Part shown: piece by piece, positions 1 to 9,051 of the stretch
How positions within the stretch are numbered: position 1 is the stretch's first letter
Layout: every line of letters begins with the position of its first letter
Origin: Coxiellaceae bacterium
GTDB taxonomy: Bacteria > Pseudomonadota > Gammaproteobacteria > Coxiellales > Coxiellaceae
Direction of reading: 5' to 3'
Length of the DNA stretch: 24,000 nucleotides
NCBI GenBank assembly: GCA_965214015.1
Contig: CBDCAS010000022.1
Location: 274,175 to 298,174 of the forward strand
Notes under the pieces: generated by a model
The model's input: only the letters and a program-made list of their open reading frames with translations
Database searches by the model: none
Told to the model about the DNA's origin: nothing
Position numbers and translations under genes: made by a program

Positions 1-105
1 CGTTGTTATGCTAGCATCACGACGGATAACACGTAATTGATCTGGTTCAGTGGCATCCACTATTTTGGGGTCTGAAAGAGTCGTTGTATCAATCAATTTA
101 GTCAT
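1..105 (-). CDS. N-terminal 35 codons of a gene leaving the left edge. Possibly a class Ia ribonucleotide reductase alpha (nrdA-like) N-terminus.
   Basis: ATG at 105-103 lies 5 nt downstream of AGGAG (reverse complement of 111-115). Translation is MTKLIDTTTLSDPKIVDATEPDQLRVIRRDASITT. The '..QLRVI(K/R)R(N/D)G..' pattern is how I remember the ATP-cone of long-N-terminus NrdA proteins starting. Only 35 aa are visible, so the product call is weak. Confidence 0.4.
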   Translation of the reverse strand, partial: MTKLIDTTTLSDPKIVDATEPDQLRVIRRDASITT

Positions 106-158
106 GTTCACTCCTGTTATTGTTTGAAATGAGTCGTATGACGCTCCCAAAGAAAATC

Positions 159-340
159 TGGGGATAACTTTGCATTGCAGCAACCCTGCTAACTTTGCTC
201 ATTCCCTTTAAACCCTACATAGTGGGTAATTTTTATCGTACAACCACAAAATAATGTGTTTATCTTTCTAATGCAAGAGAATATCATGGGGGAATATTGT
301 GGATAACCTGTTTATATTTTGTTATTGTTTTTGTGGATTA
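159..340 (-). promoter_or_regulatory. Three DnaA-box-like 9-mers in one orientation, upstream of the minus-strand gene
   Basis: TGTGGATAA at 298-306 is a perfect TTATCCACA on the minus strand. TGTGGATTA at 332-340 and TGGGGATAA at 159-167 each have one mismatch. Sequence motifs only. Confidence 0.35.
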
Positions 341-554
341 AAGTCATTTAAAACTTTTCAATGGCTTACTTAGAATAGTTATTTAGTTTTCGCTAAAGCT
401 CTAGTAAATGACCTCTCGTAAAGATGGTGAGTTTGACGATAGTGTGGAACAATAAAAAAGTACTTGCTGTTGCCAGTAGAGTTTTTTCTGTTTTATGTAT
501 CGATATGAGGCATTTATTGAGAGGGTAGAAAATAGATTAATTAAGGAGAGTTTG

Positions 555-1031
555 TTGATTGATAAAGGCGGTTATAGACGCAATGTTGGCATAATTTTAG
601 TCAATTCGATAGGGCAAGTACTGTGGGCAAGACGGTTGAATGAGCGATCGGCTTGGCAATTTCCTCAAGGAGGTGTAGATCAGGGTGAAACTGTTGAGCA
701 GGCATTATTTCGTGAATTAAAAGAGGAGTTAGGTTTAGAGTCGCAGGATGTTAAATTACTTGCCAAGACACAGGGCTGGCTATTTTACAAAATACCGAAA
801 CCGTATCAACGTAGGCGTTCAGGATTTCAATGTTATGGGCAATGGCAAAGATGGTTTTTGCTGAAATTAATCACTCATGAATCCAGAATTTGTCTCGATA
901 GCAGCCCTTATCCTGAATTTGATAAGTGGTGCTGGGTCGATTATTGGTATCCATTGGATCACATTGTTGCATTTAAACGGGATGTTTATCGGAAAACATT
1001 AGACACATTTTCTTCATTAATGGGTCAATAG
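555..1031 (+). CDS. rppH: RNA pyrophosphohydrolase (NUDIX hydrolase) RppH
   Basis: NUDIX box '[22 protein letters not shown]' is present. The sequence is collinear with E. coli RppH as I recall it (MIDDDGYRPNVG.. versus (M)[11 protein letters not shown]..). I prefer the TTG at 555, which lies 4 nt after AAGGAGAG (543-550). The ORF-track start at 495 adds 20 non-homologous residues. Confidence 0.9.
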   Translation: MIDKGGYRRNVGIILVNSIGQVLWARRLNERSAWQFPQGGVDQGETVEQALFRELKEELGLESQDVKLLAKTQGWLFYKIPKPYQRRRSGFQCYGQWQRWFLLKLITHESRICLDSSPYPEFDKWCWVDYWYPLDHIVAFKRDVYRKTLDTFSSLMGQ

Positions 1032-1167
1032 AAATCTTTAGCGTTAGCCAAGAGAGTTTTTGTTTATAATTAATGAGATTATATAAAGTTTTGTAGGGCT
1101 TTTAAAAAGTATAAATACCTATGTTGAGATCACTTACGTGGTGGTGTAGACGATTTGAGGAGCATGG

Positions 1168-3438
1168 ATGGAGTTAAAAACACTTCAGAGCATATTGCAA
1201 GAAGTTAATGTAGCTTCTGATTTATCTGAGGCACTACAAGTTGTTGTTGGGCGTATTAGAGAAGTATTACAGGCAGATACCTGCGGTATCTTTATTAGTA
1301 ATGAAGAGCGTGGTGAATATATTTTAATGGCAGTAGAGGGTTTAGATACTGCATTAGTAGGTAAGACAAAAGTAAAGTATGGACGAGGTATCATTGGTTT
1401 AATTGGTGAGCGTGAAGAACCCATTAATGTCGATAAGGCTACTGAGCATCCTAGTTATTATCACTGTCCATCAATGCACGAGGATCATTATAACGCTTTT
1501 TTAGGTGTGCCTATGATTTATCGTGGCCAGTTATTGGGTGTTTTGTTTGTACAACAAAAAGAGCTTCGTTGTTTTTCTGAAGAAGGAGAAGCTTTTCTTG
1601 TTACTCTGGCAGCACAACTAGCAGGTCAGATTGCTGATGCACGTGCTAAAGGAGCTCTACGAAGTTTAAAAAAATACGGTCGCAAGAAAGTAGCCCCTTT
1701 GTTGGATGGAGTCCCTGGAGCCCCAGGTATTGCAATAGGTAGAGCGACTGTTGTATTTCCACCTGCTGATTTAGAAGCAGTCCCTGATCGATTGACAGAG
1801 GATATTGATGGAGAAATTAAGCTTTTTGAGAAAGCAATTATAGAGGCACGTGATGAGGTGCATCAATTGCAGGTGCGTGCTAGGTCGACGTTTTCTATTG
1901 CAGAGCAAGCATTATTCGATGCGTATTTGCGTATTTTAGATAGCCGCACTTTAATGAAAGCAGTTGAAGATGAAATCCGTAGTGGTTTATGGGCTCAAGC
2001 TGCATTAAAGCGAGTGATTAAGAAACAGGTGTTGCAGTTTGAATCTTTGAAAGATCCCTATTTACAAGAACGAGCTGCTGATTTTCGTGATTTAGGACGA
2101 CGCATATTGGCTCAGTTGCAGACTAGTAAAAAAGATGTGCCAATCTACCCCAAAAAAACAGTTCTAGTCAGTCATGAAGTGGCTGCTACTGCGATACTGG
2201 AAGTACCTGAGGGTTGTTTAGTAGGGATTGTATCTGGTTCAGGGTCAGCTAATTCACATGTCGCTATTCTAGCCAGTGCTTTAGGGATTCCTACAGTGAT
2301 GGGGGTCACAGGAGCACTATTAGCTGAGCTTGCGGGTAAAGAACTGATTGTGGATGGCTATAATGGTCAGGTGTATGTCTCACCAGCTGCTGTGCTGAAA
2401 AAAGAATTTAAAGAACTCATAGTAGAGGAGCAGCAGCTCGATAAAGAGTTGCAGACCTTAAGAGATTTACCCGCAAGAACTCAAGATGCTCATTCTTTTT
2501 CATTATATCTCAATACGGGCTTAGCGATGGATGGGGGCTTGTCATTAAGTGTTGGTGCAGAAGGTGTTGGGCTCTATCGTACAGAGATGCCTTTCATGTT
2601 GAGAGACCGTTTCCCCAGTGAAGAAGAGCAGCGAGTGATGTATCGTCAATTATTAACGACTTTTTCGCCGCGTCCGGTTGTTATGCGCACTTTGGATATT
2701 GGTGGTGATAAGAATTTATCTTATTTCCCGATTGTGGAGGAGAATCCATTTTTGGGTTGGCGTGGGATTCGCATTACACTTGATCATCCTGAGGTTTTTT
2801 TACAACAAGTGCGTGCCATGTTGCAGGCTAACGAAGAATTAGGCAATTTATCGATTATGCTGCCGATGATTTCATCAATTCATGAGGTGGAGTCTTCCCT
2901 TTGTTTAATTCGACAGGCACATCAGGAGCTCAAAGAGGAGGGGCTTCACGCCAAAATGCCAAAAATCGGTTTGATGGTTGAAGTACCTGCTGTAATCTAT
3001 CAAAGTTATGAGCTTGCCAAACAAGTGGATTTTTTATCAGTAGGAAGTAATGATTTAATTCAGTATTTATTAGCAGTAGATCGAAATAACCCTCGTGTCG
3101 CTGAATTATATAATGGGCTACACCCTTCAGTTTTACTGGCTTTACAGCAAGTAGTTCAATCAGCTCATAGAGCAGGAAAAAAGGTCAGTATTTGTGGAGA
3201 GCTTGCCAATGAGCCTGTGGCTGTTTTACTCCTGATAGCAATGGGGTTTGATGCGCTGAGCATGAATGCGCGCAGTATACCGCGCGTTAAATATATTATT
3301 CGTAATTTCACCTTGAAAAGAGCTAAAGTGTTACTCAAAGAAGTATTGGCGATGGACGATCCAAAGGATATCCGTAACCATATGGAGTCAGCACTAGAAA
3401 AAGCCGGTTTAGGTGGATTAATTCGTGCAGGTAAATAA
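1168..3438 (+). CDS. ptsP: Phosphoenolpyruvate-protein phosphotransferase PtsP (EI-Ntr, N-terminal GAF domain)
   Basis: 756 aa. It has an N-terminal GAF-like region, the phospho-His motif 'GSGSANSHVAILASALGIPTV', and a PEP-utilising TIM barrel with 'GVGLYRTE', 'SVGSNDLIQY' and 'ICGELA'. GAGGAG lies 5 nt upstream of the ATG. The rppH-ptsP adjacency matches other gammaproteobacteria. Confidence 0.92.
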   Translation: MELKTLQSILQEVNVASDLSEALQVVVGRIREVLQADTCGIFISNEERGEYILMAVEGLDTALVGKTKVKYGRGIIGLIGEREEPINVDKATEHPSYYHCPSMHEDHYNAFLGVPMIYRGQLLGVLFVQQKELRCFSEEGEAFLVTLAAQLAGQIADARAKGALRSLKKYGRKKVAPLLDGVPGAPGIAIGRATVVFPPADLEAVPDRLTEDIDGEIKLFEKAIIEARDEVHQLQVRARSTFSIAEQALFDAYLRILDSRTLMKAVEDEIRSGLWAQAALKRVIKKQVLQFESLKDPYLQERAADFRDLGRRILAQLQTSKKDVPIYPKKTVLVSHEVAATAILEVPEGCLVGIVSGSGSANSHVAILASALGIPTVMGVTGALLAELAGKELIVDGYNGQVYVSPAAVLKKEFKELIVEEQQLDKELQTLRDLPARTQDAHSFSLYLNTGLAMDGGLSLSVGAEGVGLYRTEMPFMLRDRFPSEEEQRVMYRQLLTTFSPRPVVMRTLDIGGDKNLSYFPIVEENPFLGWRGIRITLDHPEVFLQQVRAMLQANEELGNLSIMLPMISSIHEVESSLCLIRQAHQELKEEGLHAKMPKIGLMVEVPAVIYQSYELAKQVDFLSVGSNDLIQYLLAVDRNNPRVAELYNGLHPSVLLALQQVVQSAHRAGKKVSICGELANEPVAVLLLIAMGFDALSMNARSIPRVKYIIRNFTLKRAKVLLKEVLAMDDPKDIRNHMESALEKAGLGGLIRAGK

Positions 3439-3513
3439 GCATACCTGCGCAGAAAGTGCCTGCCTTAGTTTCTTCTTTTCTCATGCCTGACTAATTTGAT
3501 ACACTGCCTCACC

Positions 3514-6330
3514 ATGACTGACTATAAAAATACCTTAAATCTACCGCAGACTGACTTTCCTATGAAAGCAGGTTTGGCGCAACGTGAGCCTAACACTTTG
3601 GCATTTTGGGAGCGTATGGGTCTTTATGATCGTCTACGCCAGCAAAGCCAAGGTCGGCCTCGTTTTATTCTTCATGATGGGCCGCCTTATGCTAACGGTC
3701 CGATCCATTTAGGCACCAGCCTTAATAAAATATTGAAAGATATTATTGTAAAATCAAAAACACTCAGTGGTTTTGATGCGCCTTTTGTACCAGGCTGGGA
3801 TTGTCATGGGTTACCGATTGAATTAAATGTTGAGAAGAAGATAGGGAGACCAGGTCAAAAAAAATCAGTCACTGAGTTTCGGCGTGCTTGTCGTCAGTTT
3901 GCAGGCTCACAAGTTAGGCGACAGTGTGAAGATTTTAAGCGTTTGGGTGTGGTGGCTGATTGGCAGCATCCTTATCTGACAATGGATTATGATTTTGAGG
4001 CTAATACCATCTGTGGCTTAGCTAAGATGATTGATAATGGCCACCTGCATCGAGGATACAAACCAGTGCATTGGTGTACTGATTGTAGATCGGCATTGGC
4101 AGAAGCAGAAGTAGAGTATCGTGATAAATCATCTTTAGCGATTGATGTCGCTTTTACAGCAGTTGATCCTGAGGCTTTATTATCCATTTTTCATTGTGAT
4201 AAAACCATTCAATCGATTGCTTTTCCTATATGGACCACTACTCCCTGGACCTTGCCAGCGAATGAGGCAGTGTCAGTGAATCCAATGCTAAACTATGCGT
4301 TAGTAGCGTGTAGATTAGAACAGCGCAAGCAGTGCTTAGTGATAGCAAGTGACTTGGTCGCTGATGTCATGAGCCGTTATGCAGTCTCTGATTATCAAGT
4401 ATTGGCCGAAATACAAGGTAACAAATTAGAATACGTGCCGTTGCAACATCCCTATCTAGATCGGGTAGTGCCGATTATTTTAGGAGATCATGTCACTACG
4501 GATACTGGTACTGGTAATGTCCATACCGCACCAGCGCATGGTCAGGAAGATTATGTAGTGGGTGAAGCTTATGAGCTGCCGATGAACAATCCGGTAAATG
4601 CGAATAGTTGCTTTGTTGAAGGAACGCCTTTAGTGGCTGGTTTACATGTGACACAAGCGAATGATCCTATTATCAAGAATTTGCGCGAATCAGGTCATCT
4701 TCTGCATCAAATGGTGCTTGAGCATGCTTATCCCCATTGTTGGCGTCATCAAACACCACTGATTTTTCGTGCGACACCACAATGGTTTATTTCGATGGAG
4801 CAAAAAGGTTTGCGTACCTTAGCATTAGCAGCCATTGATCATGTGTGTTGGATTCCAGAGTGGGGGAAAAAACGCATTCACAATATGATGGATTCACGTC
4901 CAGATTGGTGTATTTCACGACAACGTGCCTGGGGTATTCCAATTCCCTTGTTTGTGCATAAAGAAAGTGGTGCATTACATCCTCGCACCTTAGATCTTAT
5001 GTATAAAGCAGCTGATGTGGTGAGTCAAGGTGGTGTAGAAGCTTGGTTTGATCATGAGGCTTCCTATTTCATAGGAGATGAAGCCAATCAGTATGATAAA
5101 TCTACAGATGTATTGGATGTATGGTTTGATTCAGGACTCTCCCATACGGCGGTATTAGAGCACCGTCCTGAGTTATCAGTACCTGCTGATCTTTATTTAG
5201 AAGGCTCAGATCAGCATCGTGGTTGGTTTCAGACATCACTATTAACTTCTATTGCGATTCGTGATGTAGCTCCTTATAAAACTGTGTTAACCCATGGTTA
5301 TGTAGTTGATGGTCAAGGGTTGAAAATGTCCAAATCTGTAGGTAATACCGTGCTACCGAGTGAAGTGATTCAACAATATGGGGCTGATATTGTGCGTCTG
5401 TGGGTTGCCTCATCTTACTGTATCGATGATATTCGTTTTTCGCATGAAATTATAAAGCGAGTTGCTGATGGATATCGTCGTATTCGTAATACAGCTCGTT
5501 TCTTGCTGTCAAACTTATATGACTTCAATCCTGAAAAAGATCTCATTGCTATCCAAGACTTATTGGCACTTGATTTTTGGGCCATTCAAACAACTGTTGA
5601 TTTACAGAGGCGTATTTTAAAAGCCTATGAAGAGTATAATTTTCCCTCAATTTACCAAATGATCCATAATTTCTGTGCCGTAGAGATGGGTAGTTTTTAT
5701 CTAGATATTATTAAGGACCGGCAATATACCAGTAGGGCAGAAGGGCGAGCGCGACGTTCATCACAAACAGCACTCTATTATATTTTGGAGGCTTTAGTCC
5801 GTTGGTTAGCGCCCATTCTTAGTTTTACCAGTGAGGAGATTTGGCAACATATGTCGGGAGAGCGAATGGAGTCAGTCTTCTTATCCAGTTGGTTTGATGA
5901 GTTTCCAGCCTTAGCCCAGCGACCTTCCGATAATATAGATTGGGTGCAATTAATGCTTGTGCGCGATGAGATCAATAAAGTGCTAGAACAGCATCGGCAT
6001 CGTGGTGAGATTCGCTCAGCTCTCGATACGCAGGTTGTTTTATATGCTGATGGTGCTCTGTTTCAGCTATTAAGCACGCTTGGCGATGAATTGCGCTTTC
6101 TGCTCATTACCTCAGAAGCGCATGTAGCTGCTGTTCAAAATAAAACAACCTCAGCTGAGGCCACCGAAATACCAGATTTATTTGTTGATGTGCTTGTGTC
6201 GCATTGTGAAAAATGTCAGCGTTGTTGGCAGCGTCGACCTGATGTGGGTCAATCTAAACAGCATCCTACATTATGCCAGCGTTGTGAAGAGAATGTATGG
6301 GGTGTGGGGGAGCAACGAGAGTATGCGTAA
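3514..6330 (+). CDS. ileS: Isoleucine--tRNA ligase
   Basis: The N-terminus '[17 protein letters not shown]' matches E. coli 'MSDYKSTLNLPETGFPM'. 'PPYANG', 'KMSKS', '[10 protein letters not shown]' and the C-terminal Cys cluster 'CEKCQRCW...CQRC' are all present. The ATG at 3514 is preferred over the TTG at 3496 by homology. Confidence 0.95.
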   Translation: MTDYKNTLNLPQTDFPMKAGLAQREPNTLAFWERMGLYDRLRQQSQGRPRFILHDGPPYANGPIHLGTSLNKILKDIIVKSKTLSGFDAPFVPGWDCHGLPIELNVEKKIGRPGQKKSVTEFRRACRQFAGSQVRRQCEDFKRLGVVADWQHPYLTMDYDFEANTICGLAKMIDNGHLHRGYKPVHWCTDCRSALAEAEVEYRDKSSLAIDVAFTAVDPEALLSIFHCDKTIQSIAFPIWTTTPWTLPANEAVSVNPMLNYALVACRLEQRKQCLVIASDLVADVMSRYAVSDYQVLAEIQGNKLEYVPLQHPYLDRVVPIILGDHVTTDTGTGNVHTAPAHGQEDYVVGEAYELPMNNPVNANSCFVEGTPLVAGLHVTQANDPIIKNLRESGHLLHQMVLEHAYPHCWRHQTPLIFRATPQWFISMEQKGLRTLALAAIDHVCWIPEWGKKRIHNMMDSRPDWCISRQRAWGIPIPLFVHKESGALHPRTLDLMYKAADVVSQGGVEAWFDHEASYFIGDEANQYDKSTDVLDVWFDSGLSHTAVLEHRPELSVPADLYLEGSDQHRGWFQTSLLTSIAIRDVAPYKTVLTHGYVVDGQGLKMSKSVGNTVLPSEVIQQYGADIVRLWVASSYCIDDIRFSHEIIKRVADGYRRIRNTARFLLSNLYDFNPEKDLIAIQDLLALDFWAIQTTVDLQRRILKAYEEYNFPSIYQMIHNFCAVEMGSFYLDIIKDRQYTSRAEGRARRSSQTALYYILEALVRWLAPILSFTSEEIWQHMSGERMESVFLSSWFDEFPALAQRPSDNIDWVQLMLVRDEINKVLEQHRHRGEIRSALDTQVVLYADGALFQLLSTLGDELRFLLITSEAHVAAVQNKTTSAEATEIPDLFVDVLVSHCEKCQRCWQRRPDVGQSKQHPTLCQRCEENVWGVGEQREYA

Positions 6331-6802
6331 AAATCAAAAAGCTTGGGTATGGTTGTGGGTCAGTGTGTTGATCCTTGTACTCGATCAAGGAGCTAAGATC
6401 ACGGTGGTTGCGCACATACCTTATGCTCAGCCTTATTTTGTGTTCCCTTTCTTGAACTTATACTTGCAATATAATTCAGGAGCTGCCTTTAGTATTTTAA
6501 ATAATGCAGGAGGTTGGCAGGTTATTTTATTCTCTATCATCTCTATCATTATGTCGCTTGTTATTTTGGTTTGGCTGATCAAAACACCACGAAGTGATAG
6601 ATTGCAAGCCCTAGCATTGAGTTTGATTTTAGGCGGTGCATTAGGTAATTTAATAGATCGTTTGTGCTGTGGTTATGTAATTGATTTTTTTGACTTCCAT
6701 TGGGGCCATTGGCATTTTGCGACTTTTAATGTGGCTGATCTAGCCATTACCTTAGGCGTTTGTTTTTTAATCATTCGATGGTTATTTTTTAAAGTTCGAT
6801 GA
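6323..6802 (+). CDS. lspA: Lipoprotein signal peptidase (signal peptidase II)
   Basis: 159 aa from the ATG at 6323, which overlaps the ileS stop as ATGCGTAA. It contains 'NSGAAFS' and 'FNVAD' motifs and four hydrophobic segments. The ORF-track start at 6182 would overlap ileS by about 150 nt. Confidence 0.9.
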   Translation: MRKNQKAWVWLWVSVLILVLDQGAKITVVAHIPYAQPYFVFPFLNLYLQYNSGAAFSILNNAGGWQVILFSIISIIMSLVILVWLIKTPRSDRLQALALSLILGGALGNLIDRLCCGYVIDFFDFHWGHWHFATFNVADLAITLGVCFLIIRWLFFKVR

Positions 6803-7728
6803 AAGTGTTATTAGCGAATCCTCGTGGATTTTGTGCCGGTGTCGATCGCGCTATTGCCATTGTTGAGCGTGCCCTAGATCTTTTAGGGCCCCCAATTTAT
6901 GTGCGACATGAGGTGGTGCATAATCGGCTTGTGGTGGAACGTTTGAGCCGACAAGGTGTTGTCTTTACTGACTTTATTGAAGAGATTCCAGAATATGCAA
7001 CTGTTATTTTTAGTGCTCATGGCGTCTCAAAAGCGATACGTGATCAAGCTAATCAACGTCATCTTAGTGTTTTTGATGCGACATGCCCTTTAGTCACGAA
7101 AGTGCATATGGAGGTGGCACGTTGTGCCCGTTATGATATGGAATGTGTATTAATTGGGCATTTAGGGCATCCTGAGGTGGAAGGGACTATGGGTCAGTAC
7201 CATAGTAAAACAGCAGGGATCTATTTAGTAGAGACAGTAGAAGATGCTATAACGCTTAAGTTAAAAAACCCCAATCAATGTGCCTATGTTACCCAAACAA
7301 CACTATCAGTTGATGATGCACAGCAAGTTGTTAAAGCATTAAAGAGGCGTTTTCCAGCCATTCAAGGCCCTAAAAGAGATGATATCTGTTATGCAACCAC
7401 CAACCGTCAAGAAGCTGTCAAAACCTTAGCGATGCAATGTGATATAGTCATCGTTATTGGTTCGCAAGCCAGTTCCAATTCAAATCGTTTACAAGAATTA
7501 GCAGAGCGTTTAGGATGTCCTTCGTATTTAATTGATGAAGCAAGTGATCTGCAACATGCATGGTTGGATGGAAAAGAAGTGATCGGTGTGACTGCCGGTG
7601 CCTCTGCTCCGGAGAGCTTAGTACAAGAGCTTGTTCAACGTCTTCGTCAGTGGGGAGCAGATACGGTTGAAGAGTGTAGCGGTCGTGAGGAGTCGATTCT
7701 ATTTGCCTTACCTAGAGAACTGCGATAA
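6799..7728 (+). CDS. ispH: 4-hydroxy-3-methylbut-2-enyl diphosphate reductase IspH/LytB
   Basis: It has '[14 protein letters not shown]', '[11 protein letters not shown]' and '[11 protein letters not shown]', the three Fe-S Cys positions. A 4-nt ATGA overlap joins it to lspA. The ileS-lspA-ispH order matches other gammaproteobacteria. Confidence 0.95.
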   Translation: MKVLLANPRGFCAGVDRAIAIVERALDLLGPPIYVRHEVVHNRLVVERLSRQGVVFTDFIEEIPEYATVIFSAHGVSKAIRDQANQRHLSVFDATCPLVTKVHMEVARCARYDMECVLIGHLGHPEVEGTMGQYHSKTAGIYLVETVEDAITLKLKNPNQCAYVTQTTLSVDDAQQVVKALKRRFPAIQGPKRDDICYATTNRQEAVKTLAMQCDIVIVIGSQASSNSNRLQELAERLGCPSYLIDEASDLQHAWLDGKEVIGVTAGASAPESLVQELVQRLRQWGADTVEECSGREESILFALPRELR

Positions 7729-7899
7729 AGAAATATAAGCTGGTCTAATTTTTTAATAAGGTAAGTTCAAAGGAATATTAAAGTTAATTGGTCTTGACTG
7801 TGGTGAAAGGTAAGGCTATCTTTACCCTCTTCCCAAAGAAAAATATTGGGTCAATGAATGGCTACAATTTATAGCTTTTTAGATGGATAGATATTTTGA

Positions 7900-7972
7900 G
7901 GGTCGTTAGCTCAGTCGGTAGAGCAGTTGGCTTTTAACCAATTGGTCGAAGGTTCGAATCCTTCACGACCCA
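7900..7972 (+). tRNA. tRNA-Lys (anticodon UUU)
   Basis: Cloverleaf folded by hand. Acceptor GGGTCGT pairs with ACGACCC. The D arm is GCTC-AGTCGGTA-GAGC. The anticodon arm is GTTGG-CTTTTAA-CCAAT, with TTT at positions 34-36. The variable loop is TGGTC and the T arm is GAAGG-TTCGAAT-CCTTC. The discriminator is A and CCA is not encoded. Confidence 0.9.
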
Positions 7973-8350
7973 AAACCATAAAAATCCGATAAAATCAATA
8001 AGTTAAAAAAGAATAAATCGTATACCAAAAAACGATGTTGGTCAGAAATAATTAAAAACACACTCTGAATATCCTAAAATTCGCTAGCATTACTGCTTAT
8101 GCTTATTTTTAAATCACAGAGGCTAAGGTTAAATGGAAGGTCTTTCATTATCCCAGATTGTCGCCAAATGATCCCTTGGTGATCCCACAGATTTGGGTAG
8201 ATTAGCTCAGAATCGTTTGCTTTCTGAGCACTCCAGTTTTCTATATTGTGCAATAATTGCTTGAACATAAGAAGATTGGTTAGGTGATGAAACATGCGCA
8301 TTTAGTGCTGGATTTTATTGAAGAGTCGGTGAGGCGGTTGGATTGAAGTA

Positions 8351-8380
8351 GGCTCTCTGTACAATCTGATACAGAGAGCC
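8351..8380. other. Perfect 11-bp stem / 8-nt loop hairpin (GGCTCTCTGTA-caatctga-TACAGAGAGCC)
   Basis: Read directly. It lies 15 nt past the stop of the minus-strand 39-aa ORF. There is no U-tract on either strand, so it is not a canonical intrinsic terminator. Confidence 0.5.
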
Positions 8381-8395
8381 CAACTGCTCTGCCTG

Positions 8396-8515
8396 CTATT
8401 TACATTTTTTAGGCAATTTAGCGGGTGTAGACCGCTTATGTGGTTTTACTGGTACCGTCTTTGGTCCTGGTTTTTTAGTCGTCCGAGTTGGACGACATTT
8501 CGTTTTAGTTGGCAT
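8396..8515 (-). CDS. Hypothetical 39-aa highly basic Lys/Pro/Thr-rich peptide
   Basis: It falls below the ORF-track length cutoff. ATG at 8515-8513 lies 4 nt after AAGGAGG (reverse complement of 8520-8526). Translation is MPTKTKCRPTRTTKKPGPKTVPVKPHKRSTPAKLPKKCK, with the stop at 8398-8396. I recognise no homology. Confidence 0.3.
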   Translation of the reverse strand: MPTKTKCRPTRTTKKPGPKTVPVKPHKRSTPAKLPKKCK

Positions 8516-8644
8516 GATGCCTCCTTAAACTTTTGTGGGCGCATTCCGGTATTGGGAAACTTTTGGTATGCTTCAGTTGCGAAATCGAAGCAATTCAAAA
8601 GAACCGTTACATGCGCCCGTTGCTATAACGGTTTTCCACTGTTG

Positions 8645-8673
8645 TTGAACTTTTTCGTTCGATATGGCATAAT
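8645..8673 (+). promoter_or_regulatory. Sigma70-like promoter TTGAAC-N17-CATAAT upstream of the XRE gene
   Basis: The -35 is at 8645-8650 and the -10 at 8668-8673, with a 17-nt spacer. It sits about 55 nt upstream of the ATG at 8731. Motif match only. Confidence 0.4.
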
Positions 8674-8730
8674 AACAATGCTTTATACTTTTGTAAAGAA
8701 CAGATTCGTTCAATATTTCGGTAAATATTT

Positions 8731-9051
8731 ATGGCTTCAACTCCATTGGGAACAAAAATTAAACAGCTTCGAAAGGCCAAGGGTTTTTCGCTAGAAGAGC
8801 TGGCCAGTCAAACTGGCATGAGTAAGAGTTACATTTGGGAGCTTGAAAACAGGCCTGCCAATCCCACCACAGAAAAGTTGAGTAAGCTTGCTGATGCGTT
8901 AGATGTAACCACTGCTTACCTTACAGAAAGCAGCAGTGAATTAACGAATGAGGTTTTACAAGAAGCTTTTTTTAGAAAGTTTAATCGGTTGATCGATGAA
9001 GACAAAAAGAAAATTGAGCAGATCATCGAGCTATGGGGTAAGAAAGAATGA
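8731..9051 (+). CDS. XRE-family helix-turn-helix transcriptional regulator
   Basis: 106 aa. It has a classic HTH_3 pattern: 'LGTKIKQLRKAKGFSLEELASQTGMSKSYIWELENRPANPTTEKLSKLADALDV'. A 4-nt ATGA overlap joins it to the next gene. Confidence 0.85.
   Translation: MASTPLGTKIKQLRKAKGFSLEELASQTGMSKSYIWELENRPANPTTEKLSKLADALDVTTAYLTESSSELTNEVLQEAFFRKFNRLIDEDKKKIEQIIELWGKKE

Noticed and set aside
3427-3448. 7-bp hairpin GCAGGTA-(8 nt)-TACCTGC spanning the ptsP stop codon, as a possible terminator
   Set aside because: No U-tract follows immediately and the stem is short. That is not enough to call a terminator between ptsP and ileS.
1185-5975. Short minus-strand ORFs inside ptsP and ileS (1185..1424, 3987..4187, 4787..4975, 5778..5975)
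   Set aside because: They lie entirely antisense to strongly supported conserved genes and have no motifs. They are typical shadow ORFs.
495-6322. Upstream-extended starts from the ORF track (rppH 495, ileS TTG 3496, lspA 6182)
   Set aside because: Homology to the known N-termini and better SD placement favour 555, 3514 and 6323. The 6182 start would overlap ileS by about 150 nt in another frame.
8195-8210. GGGTAGATTAGCTCAG, resembling the 5' acceptor/D-arm of the nearby tRNA-Lys (GGGTCGTTAGCTCAG)
   Set aside because: The match is only about 13 nt, with an indel. It covers the generic D-arm consensus, and no cloverleaf continues. Integration events duplicate tRNA 3' ends, not 5' ends, so this is probably chance.
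8074-8301. 75-aa minus-strand ORF between the tRNA and the small basic ORF
   Set aside because: It has no SD upstream of its ATG, no recognisable motif and no homology that I can recall. It could be a remnant, but I cannot support a call.
8438-8794. 118-aa plus-strand ORF from the track (MWFYWYRLWSWFF...)
   Set aside because: Its Trp/Phe-rich, low-complexity composition is what the antisense of a Lys/Pro-rich frame (AAA/CCA) produces. It has no SD. It also runs through the promoter region and into the XRE gene start, so I treat it as a shadow ORF.
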